Positions 6,689-15,557 of a DNA stretch of 19,644 nucleotides are shown here, piece after piece. This DNA comes from a virus. Its lineage: Duplodnaviria > Heunggongvirae > Uroviricota > Caudoviricetes. The notes beneath the pieces are model-generated. The model did no database searches. It had not been told where the DNA came from and saw only the letters and a program-made list of their open reading frames with translations. The stretch lies in IMG/VR virus record IMGVR_UViG_2648501186_000019, positions 1 through 19,644 of that record; one strand, given 5' to 3'. Made by a program: the position numbers and the translations under genes. How positions within the stretch are numbered: position 1 is the first letter of the stretch; each line of letters starts with the position of its first letter.

Positions 6689-6967
6689 TTATTTTTGTCT
6701 GAGTAAATCGATAACTTGGTCAAATTTGGCGTCCATCGCAACCACTTTCTTCTCTATACCGTGAAGGGTTTGTTCCATGCGATAAACTCTCTCGGCGATC
6801 TGGTCATGGTTACTTTGCATTGTTTCAAACTTCTGATTAAACAATGCATCATTGGACTCTAATTTCGACAATCTATTTTCTGTTGCTATTTGATTTCGGT
6901 GAAGTCTCCATAATCCACCACAAATTAAGGCGATAACACCGATACCGCCATATATAATTTCAGTCAT
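6689..6967 (-). CDS. single-pass membrane protein with a coiled-coil domain (92 aa)
   Basis: N-terminal TM segment (IIYGGIGVIALICGGLW) followed by a charged helical region. GGGGG Shine-Dalgarno sequence before ATG 6967. First gene after the terminator downstream of the gpJ-like gene. Confidence 0.6.
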   Translation of the reverse strand: MTEIIYGGIGVIALICGGLWRLHRNQIATENRLSKLESNDALFNQKFETMQSNHDQIAERVYRMEQTLHGIEKKVVAMDAKFDQVIDLLRQK

Positions 6968-7011
6968 TACGCCCCCGATATTTTTATATAGTTTAATGGC
7001 AAAATTATTTA

Positions 7012-7054
7012 GATAAAAATAATCCCGCCTAACTCAAAAGAATTAAGCGGGATT
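7012..7054 (-). terminator. rho-independent terminator after the gpJ-like gene (- strand)
   Basis: 8-bp stem AATCCCGC / GCGGGATT (7021-7028 with 7047-7054), followed on the - strand by a U-rich run (AUUUUUAUCU). Confidence 0.6.
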
Positions 7055-7073
7055 TATTATTAAAAATTAAATT

Positions 7074-10000
7074 TTAAGAAACAGTAATACCAGTAGTGGC
7101 TTTTTTAGTTACCATTACTGTTAAATCACTGATCCATGTGCTAGGCGTCCAGTTGTTGATTGCGCTTGATTGCACTTCAAAGGTCAAGGTCACAGCACCT
7201 TTACCCGCTGGCATATCAATAACACCTGAGTAAAGACCAGTATTACCGCCATACGCCCTATTATACAACTCTGACCCATTCTTACGAACAATCAGGCGAC
7301 AGGTGTCGTAATAGGTATTATTGTTCGACCCTTCACGCGCTCGCAATCCACCAAAACTAACAGCCGGAATAACGATTTGACGATCGAACTTGTGATCATC
7401 TTCAACGCGAACAGTGACCGTACCCTGTGGATAACCAGCATAACCATTATCAACGTTAACATCACGATGCGGGAACTTACGTCCAATCACCTTAACGAAA
7501 TCACCCTTAACCTGAGTAGCTTCAAGCATACCCTTAATAACACAGCTAGAGTTAATCGTGACGTTGTTCAGAGTACCAGAATCAGCAGTGATATTACCTT
7601 TAACGGTTGCATTCATGAACGTAGCGGACCCGTTCTTGTTGATATGCCATCCGGTCGATCCGTTCCAGTTGGAAGACTGGATATAGTTACCGATTTTAGC
7701 GTTATCAATTGCACCGTTTACGATCTTCGCGTTAGTGATTGCCCCGTCCTGAATCTTCGCGCTGTTAATTGCAGCATTGCCGATTTTAGCCGTGGTAATC
7801 GCCGCATCATTAATCTGGGCTGTACCAATTGCAGCATTACGAATCATCGCATTATCGAGATAAACCTTGTTACCTTCGATACCAAACGGGCATACTTCCG
7901 ATCCGTTCTGTGGAGCTACCGCGATTTTATCGGCATTAAAGATGATTCTCGTCGGTTGCGCCGGATCGTTGGTTGCGCTCATGTGAATACCAGCCACGCG
8001 ACCATCTGCATTAACCGCTAGATTGTATTTGCTGTTAATGGTTCCTTTCAAAGCATCGATTTTTACATCTGCTTCCTGATTCACACCAGCAATCTTGCCA
8101 TCCATTTCTACCCGAACTTGATCAATCTTACTTGCGCTTGCTGCCTCACTGGTAGCAATAGCTTGTTTCAGGGTAGTAGCAGATGCGCTGACTTCGGATT
8201 TAATATCGCCTTTCAGTTCAGCTTTAACCTGATCAATCTTAGTGGAGCTAGCTTGCTCGCTGGTAGCAATCAGACTCTTTAAGGTATTGGCTGAGGCTTG
8301 GACCGTCTGCCCTGTTTCGGTAGTGATTTGCTTATGCATTGCATCAATTTTAGCATCGGCATTAGCGCCAGCTTGAGCAATAGCATCCGCGATAGTTTCA
8401 TCTAAGCGGTCTTGTAAACCAATCAGGTCTTCCAGTGCTTCTTTGTCCTGATCGTCCCAGCTAATGGTAGATTTCATTTGCATGAAATACGGTTCAGACC
8501 AAACAGCATCATCCATACCGAAAATATCGTAGTGAGCACCACGGATATAATAATCACCGTCAGCAATATCAAAGGAAGTATGGCTAACACTATTCGTGCT
8601 TACTGCCCTTGCATCGGAGAACGTGTTATCGGTTGCATACTGGATGATTGACCCTGCATAATCATGTTCTACGTCATCTGCCCAGCTAACAAACGCAGTA
8701 TTAAAGCCACCACGCGCACTAAAACCTTTCATTGGCTTATGTTGTGGGTTGATAGCCACTAAACGCGCTGGGGCGCTCTCTGAGTTGTTATATCCCTTAG
8801 CTGATACTTCTACCGTCAGTTGACGCGAAAGGCCGTTAAACTGGTTCATATCAAGCGTATAAGTCCATGATTCAGGATCGCGGGTACGGTACTGAATAGA
8901 CTTACCAGCCTTGTTAGTCACCTTGATAATGTATGCTTCAAACAGGTCACTAAACTTGTTAGTTTCACCGTTGATCTCAACATCTAAGCCTTGCTGGTTA
9001 TCCCATTCGATAATCAGATCATTACCTTCGAAAGTTCCTGGCGTGCTACCCTGATTTTTGATTCGAATAACCGGAGTCGGCAATTCATAGGTAACAGTCG
9101 GATTCTGGTTAATCAGTTCTACCCAATCGGATCGCGCGATGATACCGAAAGCACAAACTCGGTAATCATAAGAGCGATCTTTCGCCAGTGCATTGACACT
9201 GAAAATTTGCTGTGAAGTCTGACCGAGCTTAATCCAGTTAGGTGATCCGCTTACACGGTAATCAATCTGGAAGCCATAACGGTTAAAATCTTCCGGTGCA
9301 TCCCATGTCAAAGTAACATTTTTACCGTAAATCGTCTCGCCAGTTGCCTTAATTCTGAAATTAGTAGGCTTCTGTACTGTCATTGAATCCGGTAAACCAC
9401 TTGGTCTATTGTCCGGTTTAGCCGCATAATCCAGATCTGTGTAAATCTGAGAATTATATTCTGTGGCGGTGATAGACAAAATACCAGCAATACCAGAATC
9501 AATGCTACGCTCAATAGAGATAATACGCCAAAGTGAATTATTCAGTTTCAATTCATCGTGGGTAACGCTGATAACGTCCCAAACTTCCGCGCTGAATGCA
9601 TCGGTAGTAGTGAAGTTGATAACCTGAGTAATACGAGATTTATTTCGTTCAATGCTCGCTAATTTGTCAATCTGGTTTTCATCTTTAACAAAGCGATATT
9701 CTACGTCTTTAGCAATAATGCGCCCATCTTGACGGATAGTAGCATCATTTTCAGCATCAGCCGGATAACGTAGCATTTGCTCTGAATAGTCTAAAGATGG
9801 TTCCTGATAGATTGCGTTAATGGTATTGAAATAACCGTTAGTGCCACCTGTTTTCAGGTTAACTTTCCCCATCATTATATTGTCTTCATTGAAGGTATGT
9901 TTAACAATATCAGGAGCATCCAGTTTCAGCGTAATACGTCCAAAGGATTCAAACATTACCCCGCCGAAAGTCTGCATCAATCCGGTCAAGTTCTCTTTAA

Positions 10001-10856
10001 AGCTGGCGTTCGGATCACATGCACCGTTAGAGTGCAAATTCATCTGGCGAACTTGAGAACGTACTTTCAGGAATGAATCAACGTTAATGTTTTCAATTGG
10101 TACTGATAAACCATATTTTTCATTTGTTAGGTAGTGGAAAATCTGATCCACGCCGTTAGTGCTAGCCTCAATAGCATTGGTTTCAAGGTTACGAATCTTT
10201 AATCCGCAAACGTCTACTGCTACCTGGCTATTTGGCTGGAGAATATCAACACCAGCAGCAAGAGATTTGTCATCACGACGTAACACAATACACATGGTTG
10301 CAATGCCGTTACCCTTGTAAGCATCGGTCCAGTCTGAGCCTAAATGAGTTTTTGCCAGTGACAATGCGGTGTTAGGATTCTTACCCGTGCGGAACTCGAC
10401 TTCTAACACTTTACGGTATTCTTCTTTAATGTTGCCCTTATCGAGAATGCCATCACGGATCGTCATGTTTCGACCAATCAGCACGTTTTTATTATCGATG
10501 AATAGTGCTTTGTAATGGTCAATTTCACCCTCGGCAATTGCGAAGATTTGCACTAACTTATTGTTTTCTTTCTTAGAAATTGCTTTGTAAACACAGATAG
10601 CACCAGTTCGAGTAGTACCAAAAATAACTGGTAATACTGTTTTAGGATCGTTTGATGTTCCTAGTGTCACTGCGTTATCTGGGCTTTGTACCTTCGGTGT
10701 TTTCGGTGCGCCTACAGTGGAAGCAATCAAAGACAATGCACCAGCACCAATACCGATAGCAACAGCCGCTAATGTTGAAATTGCCGCCACGGAAGCAGCA
10801 GCCATCCCAGCCGACGCACCAGCAATAACCGCGCCGACCAATACTTCTACGCCCAT
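7074..10856 (-). CDS. tail tip central fibre / host specificity protein (gpJ-like) with an N-terminal gpI-like domain and a lambda-J-type C-terminal receptor-binding domain (1260 aa)
   Basis: ATG 10856 with a GGGGG Shine-Dalgarno sequence, overlapping the upstream stop. Residues 1-50 are a Gly/Ala-rich hydrophobic segment, followed by APKTPK...VLPVIFG..R.G, reminiscent of the lambda gpI C-terminal half. The middle has FN3-like segments, a duplicated helical segment and 8-residue (A)IxNAKI repeats. The C-terminus (DDHKFDRQIVIP...VIDMPAGKG...VMVTKKATTGITVS) follows the pattern of the lambda J C-terminal domain as I recall it. Confidence 0.9.
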   Translation of the reverse strand: MGVEVLVGAVIAGASAGMAAASVAAISTLAAVAIGIGAGALSLIASTVGAPKTPKVQSPDNAVTLGTSNDPKTVLPVIFGTTRTGAICVYKAISKKENNKLVQIFAIAEGEIDHYKALFIDNKNVLIGRNMTIRDGILDKGNIKEEYRKVLEVEFRTGKNPNTALSLAKTHLGSDWTDAYKGNGIATMCIVLRRDDKSLAAGVDILQPNSQVAVDVCGLKIRNLETNAIEASTNGVDQIFHYLTNEKYGLSVPIENINVDSFLKVRSQVRQMNLHSNGACDPNASFKENLTGLMQTFGGVMFESFGRITLKLDAPDIVKHTFNEDNIMMGKVNLKTGGTNGYFNTINAIYQEPSLDYSEQMLRYPADAENDATIRQDGRIIAKDVEYRFVKDENQIDKLASIERNKSRITQVINFTTTDAFSAEVWDVISVTHDELKLNNSLWRIISIERSIDSGIAGILSITATEYNSQIYTDLDYAAKPDNRPSGLPDSMTVQKPTNFRIKATGETIYGKNVTLTWDAPEDFNRYGFQIDYRVSGSPNWIKLGQTSQQIFSVNALAKDRSYDYRVCAFGIIARSDWVELINQNPTVTYELPTPVIRIKNQGSTPGTFEGNDLIIEWDNQQGLDVEINGETNKFSDLFEAYIIKVTNKAGKSIQYRTRDPESWTYTLDMNQFNGLSRQLTVEVSAKGYNNSESAPARLVAINPQHKPMKGFSARGGFNTAFVSWADDVEHDYAGSIIQYATDNTFSDARAVSTNSVSHTSFDIADGDYYIRGAHYDIFGMDDAVWSEPYFMQMKSTISWDDQDKEALEDLIGLQDRLDETIADAIAQAGANADAKIDAMHKQITTETGQTVQASANTLKSLIATSEQASSTKIDQVKAELKGDIKSEVSASATTLKQAIATSEAASASKIDQVRVEMDGKIAGVNQEADVKIDALKGTINSKYNLAVNADGRVAGIHMSATNDPAQPTRIIFNADKIAVAPQNGSEVCPFGIEGNKVYLDNAMIRNAAIGTAQINDAAITTAKIGNAAINSAKIQDGAITNAKIVNGAIDNAKIGNYIQSSNWNGSTGWHINKNGSATFMNATVKGNITADSGTLNNVTINSSCVIKGMLEATQVKGDFVKVIGRKFPHRDVNVDNGYAGYPQGTVTVRVEDDHKFDRQIVIPAVSFGGLRAREGSNNNTYYDTCRLIVRKNGSELYNRAYGGNTGLYSGVIDMPAGKGAVTLTFEVQSSAINNWTPSTWISDLTVMVTKKATTGITVS
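7692..7859 (-). repeat. imperfect 24-nt (8-codon) tandem repeats inside the gpJ-like gene
   Basis: Protein-level repeats NAAIGTAQI / NDAAITTAKI / GNAAINSAKI / QDGAITNAKI / VNGAIDNAKI and matching DNA periodicity. Confidence 0.5.
8117..8330 (-). repeat. roughly 110-nt imperfect tandem duplication inside the gpJ-like gene (helical shaft segment)
   Basis: DNA blocks at about 8117-8227 and 8228-8330 share TGATCAATCTTA...GCTTGCT..CTGGTAGCAAT. Protein segments TLKSLIATSEQASSTKIDQVKAELKGDIKSEV and TLKQAIATSEAASASKIDQVRVEMDGKIAG are clear paralogues. Confidence 0.45.
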
Positions 10857-11275
10857 AGATCACCCCCAAAGCGATAAGCATCGTTATAATCAATTTCGTA
10901 AATCGGCTTGGTCGTCCAGATTCCATCTTCGGTAACGAGTCCATAGCCAGAATAATAAGGAGTCACGGAGTAATACTTACGGTTTCCTAATTTGTGATCG
11001 CGGATCAATAGATCGCCGTCCTGTAAATCATCAGTAACTAATTTAAAATGTTCTTTGATAGGCTGGAGGATATTGGTATATCCGCTAAGTTCTTTACAGA
11101 CTTTCAAGCCTTCTTCTTTCGTTGAATATTTTTTATAAAGAGAATTATATAGGTCAGTTCCAGCGAGAATATCGATGATCTTACATGCAATTAAATTGCA
11201 ATCATTCTCGCCTTGAACGAACTCCTGACCTACTAATGAATTGATGTAATCAGTGATAAGCCTAGTTTTTAGCAT
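10847..11275 (-). CDS. tail tip assembly protein, gpK-like with NlpC/P60-type Cys/His residues (about 142 aa)
   Basis: ATG 11275 preceded by GGAGG at 8-nt spacing. Motif GENDCNLIAC and downstream His (IRDHKLG) are consistent with a papain-like NlpC/P60 fold. Position between the gpL-like and gpJ-like genes. The track ORF extends to 11521 but overlaps the upstream gene. Confidence 0.5.
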   Translation of the reverse strand: MLKTRLITDYINSLVGQEFVQGENDCNLIACKIIDILAGTDLYNSLYKKYSTKEEGLKVCKELSGYTNILQPIKEHFKLVTDDLQDGDLLIRDHKLGNRKYYSVTPYYSGYGLVTEDGIWTTKPIYEIDYNDAYRFGGDLWA

Positions 11276-11324
11276 GTTGAATACCTCCATGCTGTTATTT
11301 ACTAGGCTTAGGGAGAAGGGATTA

Positions 11325-11978
11325 TTACTTTTTAGAGCTAAACCATTTTGATTCCGCGTTCCAGCGACCCGCCCTTGAGAAGAATAGATCGTTCTCGTTT
11401 CCTGGGTATGAGCGATGAATACCATCAGAAGCATGACTACGAGCGTTTTTATCGAGAACTTCCCAGATACTATTAAGCTGGAACTCTGATTCGTTGGTAC
11501 ATTCTTTATCCTTGTAGTCAATAGAAATATTGATGTTATCGACTACACCACGGAAAACAGGGTAAGTGGTTTCAACCTTGCCCGTGTTGGGGTTCAAGAA
11601 TACCATTTCGATTTTCACATCTGATTTATCGAATTGCTTGTTTCGAATGAGAGTAATGTATTCTTCTCGAACGTTCGAAACGTTAACGGTGATCCCGTTG
11701 TTGTTGATTTCTTTTTCTTCGGAGTTGGAAGAAATATCAAGAAAGTCACCGCTAGCGAGATAGGTAAATCCGTTATAGTCTAAGTCAAAGTACCCATCTG
11801 TAAGCCGTAGAACGTCCCCTGACGCGGTAATCACTTCGATAATGTGAAACATCGATCCGGTGGAAAAAAGCTGCGGTAGCGTCAATCTGGTAACTTCCTG
11901 CCCCGTCTGGTCGTTGTATACCTCGATAAAGTCAATATTGGTACAGAGTTTATTAAATGCGTCTTGAATAGTAGCCAT
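11325..11978 (-). CDS. minor tail protein, gpL-like (217 aa)
   Basis: Synteny (TMP, M, L, K, J) and N-terminal and mid-region resemblance to lambda gpL as recalled. Start ATG overlaps the upstream stop (TAATG). Lacks the C-terminal Cys cluster of lambda L. Confidence 0.55.
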   Translation of the reverse strand: MATIQDAFNKLCTNIDFIEVYNDQTGQEVTRLTLPQLFSTGSMFHIIEVITASGDVLRLTDGYFDLDYNGFTYLASGDFLDISSNSEEKEINNNGITVNVSNVREEYITLIRNKQFDKSDVKIEMVFLNPNTGKVETTYPVFRGVVDNINISIDYKDKECTNESEFQLNSIWEVLDKNARSHASDGIHRSYPGNENDLFFSRAGRWNAESKWFSSKK

Positions 11979-12538
11979 TATACATTCTCCACTAATTCAA
12001 ATTTCATCTTGCCAATCTGGGCGATGTTCCAATCGATGTTTTCAGTAGTGAGAAGAAATTCACCTTCAACGTTCTGATACTTGATCACCTCACCCGCTAG
12101 GACGTTCTGACGCAAGTTAGGGAAGAGTTTCATTTCACCACCTGATTTCACGTCTTCGGTGATCGTGTAGATTTTCTTGTGGTTCTCAAACTGGATGATA
12201 GTTCCCGCTTTCAGTGTTCCGGTGAAGTTGGAGAGTCTCACCTTACGCCCACCGCGAGCAGTACCAGCAGCAGCCGTAACCATCTGGCGTACATCACCTG
12301 TATATTTTGAAAAGTAAGACAGCGGAACAGTGAACGGACGACCAAAAAGGTGACGTGCTACAAATTCTTTTACTTCGTTAATATCCTGAGCCATGAAATT
12401 AGCTGTAAATTCTGCTTCATAGTAATGAATACCAGTAAAGCGACGCTGGAACTTACCAGAAATGGATTGCGCCTTGAAGAAAGGTTGTTTTGATTTAAGA
12501 GTAAAATCTGTGATTTTAATATTCTTGGATTTGAACAT
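11978..12538 (-). CDS. minor tail protein, gpM-like N-terminal region with a C-terminal extension (about 186 aa)
   Basis: First gene after the tape measure. ATG around 12538 is preceded by GGGGG inside the hairpin; the track start at 12574 is a GTG lying within the hairpin stem. Weak resemblance to lambda gpM in the first 100 residues. Confidence 0.5.
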   Translation of the reverse strand: MFKSKNIKITDFTLKSKQPFFKAQSISGKFQRRFTGIHYYEAEFTANFMAQDINEVKEFVARHLFGRPFTVPLSYFSKYTGDVRQMVTAAAGTARGGRKVRLSNFTGTLKAGTIIQFENHKKIYTITEDVKSGGEMKLFPNLRQNVLAGEVIKYQNVEGEFLLTTENIDWNIAQIGKMKFELVENV

Positions 12539-12541
12539 AGA

Positions 12542-12588
12542 AAAAGCCCCCATAGTTTTATGATTATTTATCACTATGGGGGCTTTTA
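12542..12588 (-). terminator. perfect 14-bp inverted repeat hairpin between the tape measure and gpM-like genes; attenuator/terminator candidate
   Basis: AAAAGCCCCCATAG ... CTATGGGGGCTTTT with an 18-nt AT-rich loop, an A-tract on one side and a T-tract on the other. The loop contains GATAAATA. Coordinates are +/-1. Confidence 0.5.
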
Positions 12589-12589
12589 A

Positions 12590-15109
12590 TTACATTCTAC
12601 GACGCTGGGCGTCTTCTACTGCTTGGGCAACAAGTTTCGGATGGCGTTTAATCGCTTCCATTACCATTGCATCAGAGCTATTAACGTTACCGCTAATTTG
12701 CAAAGGAGCATGTACCTCAATCGGCTGAGAGTTACCAGTGTTACCGGATTTCTGGTTAGCTAAGAAGTCTTTCAGATCGCCGTTAGTACGATCATCAACA
12801 ACTCGTTCCCCTTTCTGTAACAGCCATGTACCCTCACGCGGGATGTTATCAATACCGTCATGCGCCATACCGTCAACAGAGATTGATTTCATCTGCGCAA
12901 CACGAGCGATTGCAGAAGCATAGCTAGCAGCACCCATCGCAACACCCAACGGTCCAGGATACTTAGCCATAGCCTTAGTTGCGGCTTCGTGTGCGTTCAT
13001 CATACCCATTGCGATAGAAACGCCTTTCTGTGCTGCAAATAGTCCCTTAGTAACAGCGTTATTCTCTAAGCCAAATGCTTGTAACGCCTCACCAAATCCA
13101 CCGAACATATCCTGTGTATCTTGCAAGCGCATGTTATTGTATTTTAAGTCAATTTCACGCATTTTCTTTTGATGCGCTTCATTGAGTGCTTGCAGTGCTT
13201 TAAATTGTTCAGCTTGAGGCAGTTTATCAATGTTGGCTTTATGGGTAGCGTAATCAGCATTAGCATTATCAACATCAACGGCTTTCATCTCGTCAATAGT
13301 CTGATCACGTTCACCGAAGGAGTTAGCTAGACCACGAGATTTGATTTCTTGTAGTCCATCGGTCGCACCAGTACGGCCTTTGTAAGCATCTTCAATACGC
13401 TGTTTTTCTGCCAGATAATCCGCTAATTTGATGTTTTTATTCTGGTAGTTTTCTTCCAGATCTTTAAGGCTTTGTTCATAAACCTGTTTAGAAGCAGCCA
13501 ACATTTGCAGGGCTTCCATTGGATTTGCACCTAATACAGATTTACGGAAGTTTTCCGCGTTAGCATTAATTAGCTGGCGTCGTTTCTCTTCGTATTGTTC
13601 TTGCGTGATAATACCCTGTTTAAGAGCGTTATCTAACTTAGCAAGGTTTTCGGTAATCTGACGGTTAGAAGACGCCACAGCAGCTTGTGACGAGCTATAC
13701 AAAGAGATATTGATGGCCTTCAAATCATTGTAGGCTTTTTCTCTTAATTTTTTGGCTTCGTCTGCGGCTTTCTTCGCTGCATCTTTAGCTTTCTTGGTTT
13801 CTGGACAATCTGCGGCTGAATGCGCACCTTGCTTACATACAGGGCAAAGAGATTGAACACGGCGTTTATTCTCTTCTTCCTGTTTCTTTTTCAGTTCATC
13901 GGCTTGTGTTTGCAGTTCAGCAGCTTTGCGTTTGCGTTCTTGTTCTGCTAGATCTTCGAAGCTGGTTGCAGCACCGTTACTAACACCGCTTGCGATGGCT
14001 TCCTCTACCGCATCACCTAATGCTTTAGCACCTTTCTTGATGTTATCGGTAGTCAATGCTGGGATTTCAAAATCAAGAAAATCGGCATCAGCACCAAACC
14101 AGCCAGCAATAGTTTTACCACCCTTGCGGATCGCATTCTGTACTTTAGCGATAATCTCGGCTAGTTTGTTGTACAGATTAATCATTGTTTCCTGTACAGT
14201 TTTAACCGTCTTGATTATCGGGTTAATTGCTGTAAGTAGAGCATCCTTAGCTTTCTGGAATAACGGCGGGAGATTTTCGGTCACAAACTTACTAATAGCT
14301 TTCATACTCAAATAGAAAGTAGTATTAGTAAAATCCTTGTTGAAATAATCATAGATTAAGTTGAATCCTTTCGGGAGGAACGAAAATACATCCGCGAAAG
14401 CACCCATTACCGTTTTACCTAAAGCGGTCAAATTAGAACTTGCGTTTGAATACGCGGTCGCTGTTTCTTCTGAGACATAAGCGGCTTGTTGTTGGAGCTT
14501 AACTTGATGTTCCCAATAGTCGTTTGATTCAGACAAAGCACCGATCATCTTACTGGAATCAGAAGCAATTCGTTCCATACCCGCGATAATTTCAGAATGG
14601 CTTAGTCCTGCGGCTTTAGCTTGGTAATACCACATTTCAGCAGCTTTGCGACCGCCTTCTGGATCATCGGTAAAGGCTGCATAATCCTTGATATCGCCTT
14701 TGATCATTTTAAGCGCGGCTTGAAATTCCCCTGTACCGTCTCGCCATGCTTCCCCTAATTTCTCGGCTGCATCCTTGTTAATATCAAGAACTTTTTCGGC
14801 ATTCAGACCAAAGCCACTATAGACTTTTTCCATCTTCTGAATTTGTTCGATATTAACACCAAATTCTTTCGACATATTGGCATATTCGATAGCCATTTTT
14901 GCGCCACCAGCAGCAAGGGCAGTAAGAGCACCCAAAGCAGCACCAGCAGCCATCCCCAATGGACCCAGCTTACCTAACAATCCACTGATAGAGCCAGTTA
15001 AATTACCGACACCACCGGAGGCAAGACCATCAAGAATACCACTTGCTTTATCTGCGGCAGATTCAAGACCACCAGTAACGCCAGTAATATCAAATCTTAA
15101 TTCTGACAT
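12590..15109 (-). CDS. tail tape measure protein (839 aa)
   Basis: Position directly after the chaperone pair; length comparable to lambda gpH; long helical charged repeats and Gly/Ala-rich hydrophobic segments. Strong AAGAGG Shine-Dalgarno sequence before ATG 15109. Confidence 0.85.
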   Translation of the reverse strand: MSELRFDITGVTGGLESAADKASGILDGLASGGVGNLTGSISGLLGKLGPLGMAAGAALGALTALAAGGAKMAIEYANMSKEFGVNIEQIQKMEKVYSGFGLNAEKVLDINKDAAEKLGEAWRDGTGEFQAALKMIKGDIKDYAAFTDDPEGGRKAAEMWYYQAKAAGLSHSEIIAGMERIASDSSKMIGALSESNDYWEHQVKLQQQAAYVSEETATAYSNASSNLTALGKTVMGAFADVFSFLPKGFNLIYDYFNKDFTNTTFYLSMKAISKFVTENLPPLFQKAKDALLTAINPIIKTVKTVQETMINLYNKLAEIIAKVQNAIRKGGKTIAGWFGADADFLDFEIPALTTDNIKKGAKALGDAVEEAIASGVSNGAATSFEDLAEQERKRKAAELQTQADELKKKQEEENKRRVQSLCPVCKQGAHSAADCPETKKAKDAAKKAADEAKKLREKAYNDLKAINISLYSSSQAAVASSNRQITENLAKLDNALKQGIITQEQYEEKRRQLINANAENFRKSVLGANPMEALQMLAASKQVYEQSLKDLEENYQNKNIKLADYLAEKQRIEDAYKGRTGATDGLQEIKSRGLANSFGERDQTIDEMKAVDVDNANADYATHKANIDKLPQAEQFKALQALNEAHQKKMREIDLKYNNMRLQDTQDMFGGFGEALQAFGLENNAVTKGLFAAQKGVSIAMGMMNAHEAATKAMAKYPGPLGVAMGAASYASAIARVAQMKSISVDGMAHDGIDNIPREGTWLLQKGERVVDDRTNGDLKDFLANQKSGNTGNSQPIEVHAPLQISGNVNSSDAMVMEAIKRHPKLVAQAVEDAQRRRM

Positions 15110-15131
15110 ATTAACCTCTTATTCTTATTAT

Positions 15132-15163
15132 ATAAAAAAGCCCCACCGATAAAGGCAGGGCTT
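15132..15163 (-). terminator. rho-independent terminator/attenuator between chaperone and tape measure genes; copy 1 of a repeated hairpin
   Basis: On the - strand: AAGCCCTGCC, loop, GGTGGGGCTT (two G-U pairs), then UUUUUU. Near-identical to the element at 16413-16443. Confidence 0.55.
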
Positions 15164-15172
15164 ATAATTCAA

Positions 15173-15557
15173 TTAATCTGCGGTCGCCCTTAACTTATTG
15201 ACTAACGCCGGATCAAACATGCTCAACATTGCAGCTTTGCGATCTTCTTCTTTCTTACGCTCGATTTCTTCCAGTTCTTCTTTAGTCTTGAAGATTTTCT
15301 CTTCTTTGATTAACTGGAATTGGCTAGGTTTAATTTTATTAGCCATTTCTTTAGTCATTCCCTGAGAAGTCATATAAAGGGAATATTGAAGCATAGCGTT
15401 TTGCATGTCATGAAATGCGGGGGATTGTGGTTCTAAGTAAGTGTCGAAAATATGCAGTGACCAAAAAAGTGTCACTGGCATATTATCCATTTCATCTTTA
15501 CTCAATCCACGCCGCATCATCTGGCGGAAGTAGAAAGTTAAGAGCGGGTTTACTTTA
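15173..15557 (-). CDS. frameshift extension of the tail assembly chaperone (GT-like product), -1 frame relative to 15550-15858
   Basis: The -1 frame is open from 15571 through the G stop, and its first ATG (15520) has no Shine-Dalgarno sequence. The 21-nt overlap contains GGTAAAGTAA (15550-15559), where a P-site Lys slip from AAG to AAA is possible at the stop codon. Confidence 0.45.

Noticed and set aside
7292-10056. ORFs nested in the gpJ-like gene (7292-7486 -, 7377-8021 +, 8991-9215 +, 9841-10056 +)
   Set aside because: All lie inside the 1260-aa CDS, which has coherent domain structure; none has initiation signals.
10675-10944. 89-aa and 72-aa ORFs across the K/J junction (10675-10944 -, 10717-10935 +)
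   Set aside because: Alternative frames of the Gly/Ala-rich region, where GC-rich codons keep several frames open.
11276-11521. Upstream portion of the 224-aa track ORF (alternative start at 11521)
   Set aside because: Overlaps the 3' end of the gpL-like gene for about 200 nt in another frame, whereas ATG 11275 has a GGAGG Shine-Dalgarno sequence.
12738-14315. + strand ORFs inside the tape measure gene (12738-12923, 13926-14315)
   Set aside because: Antisense shadow ORFs with Ala/Ser/Leu-rich translations.
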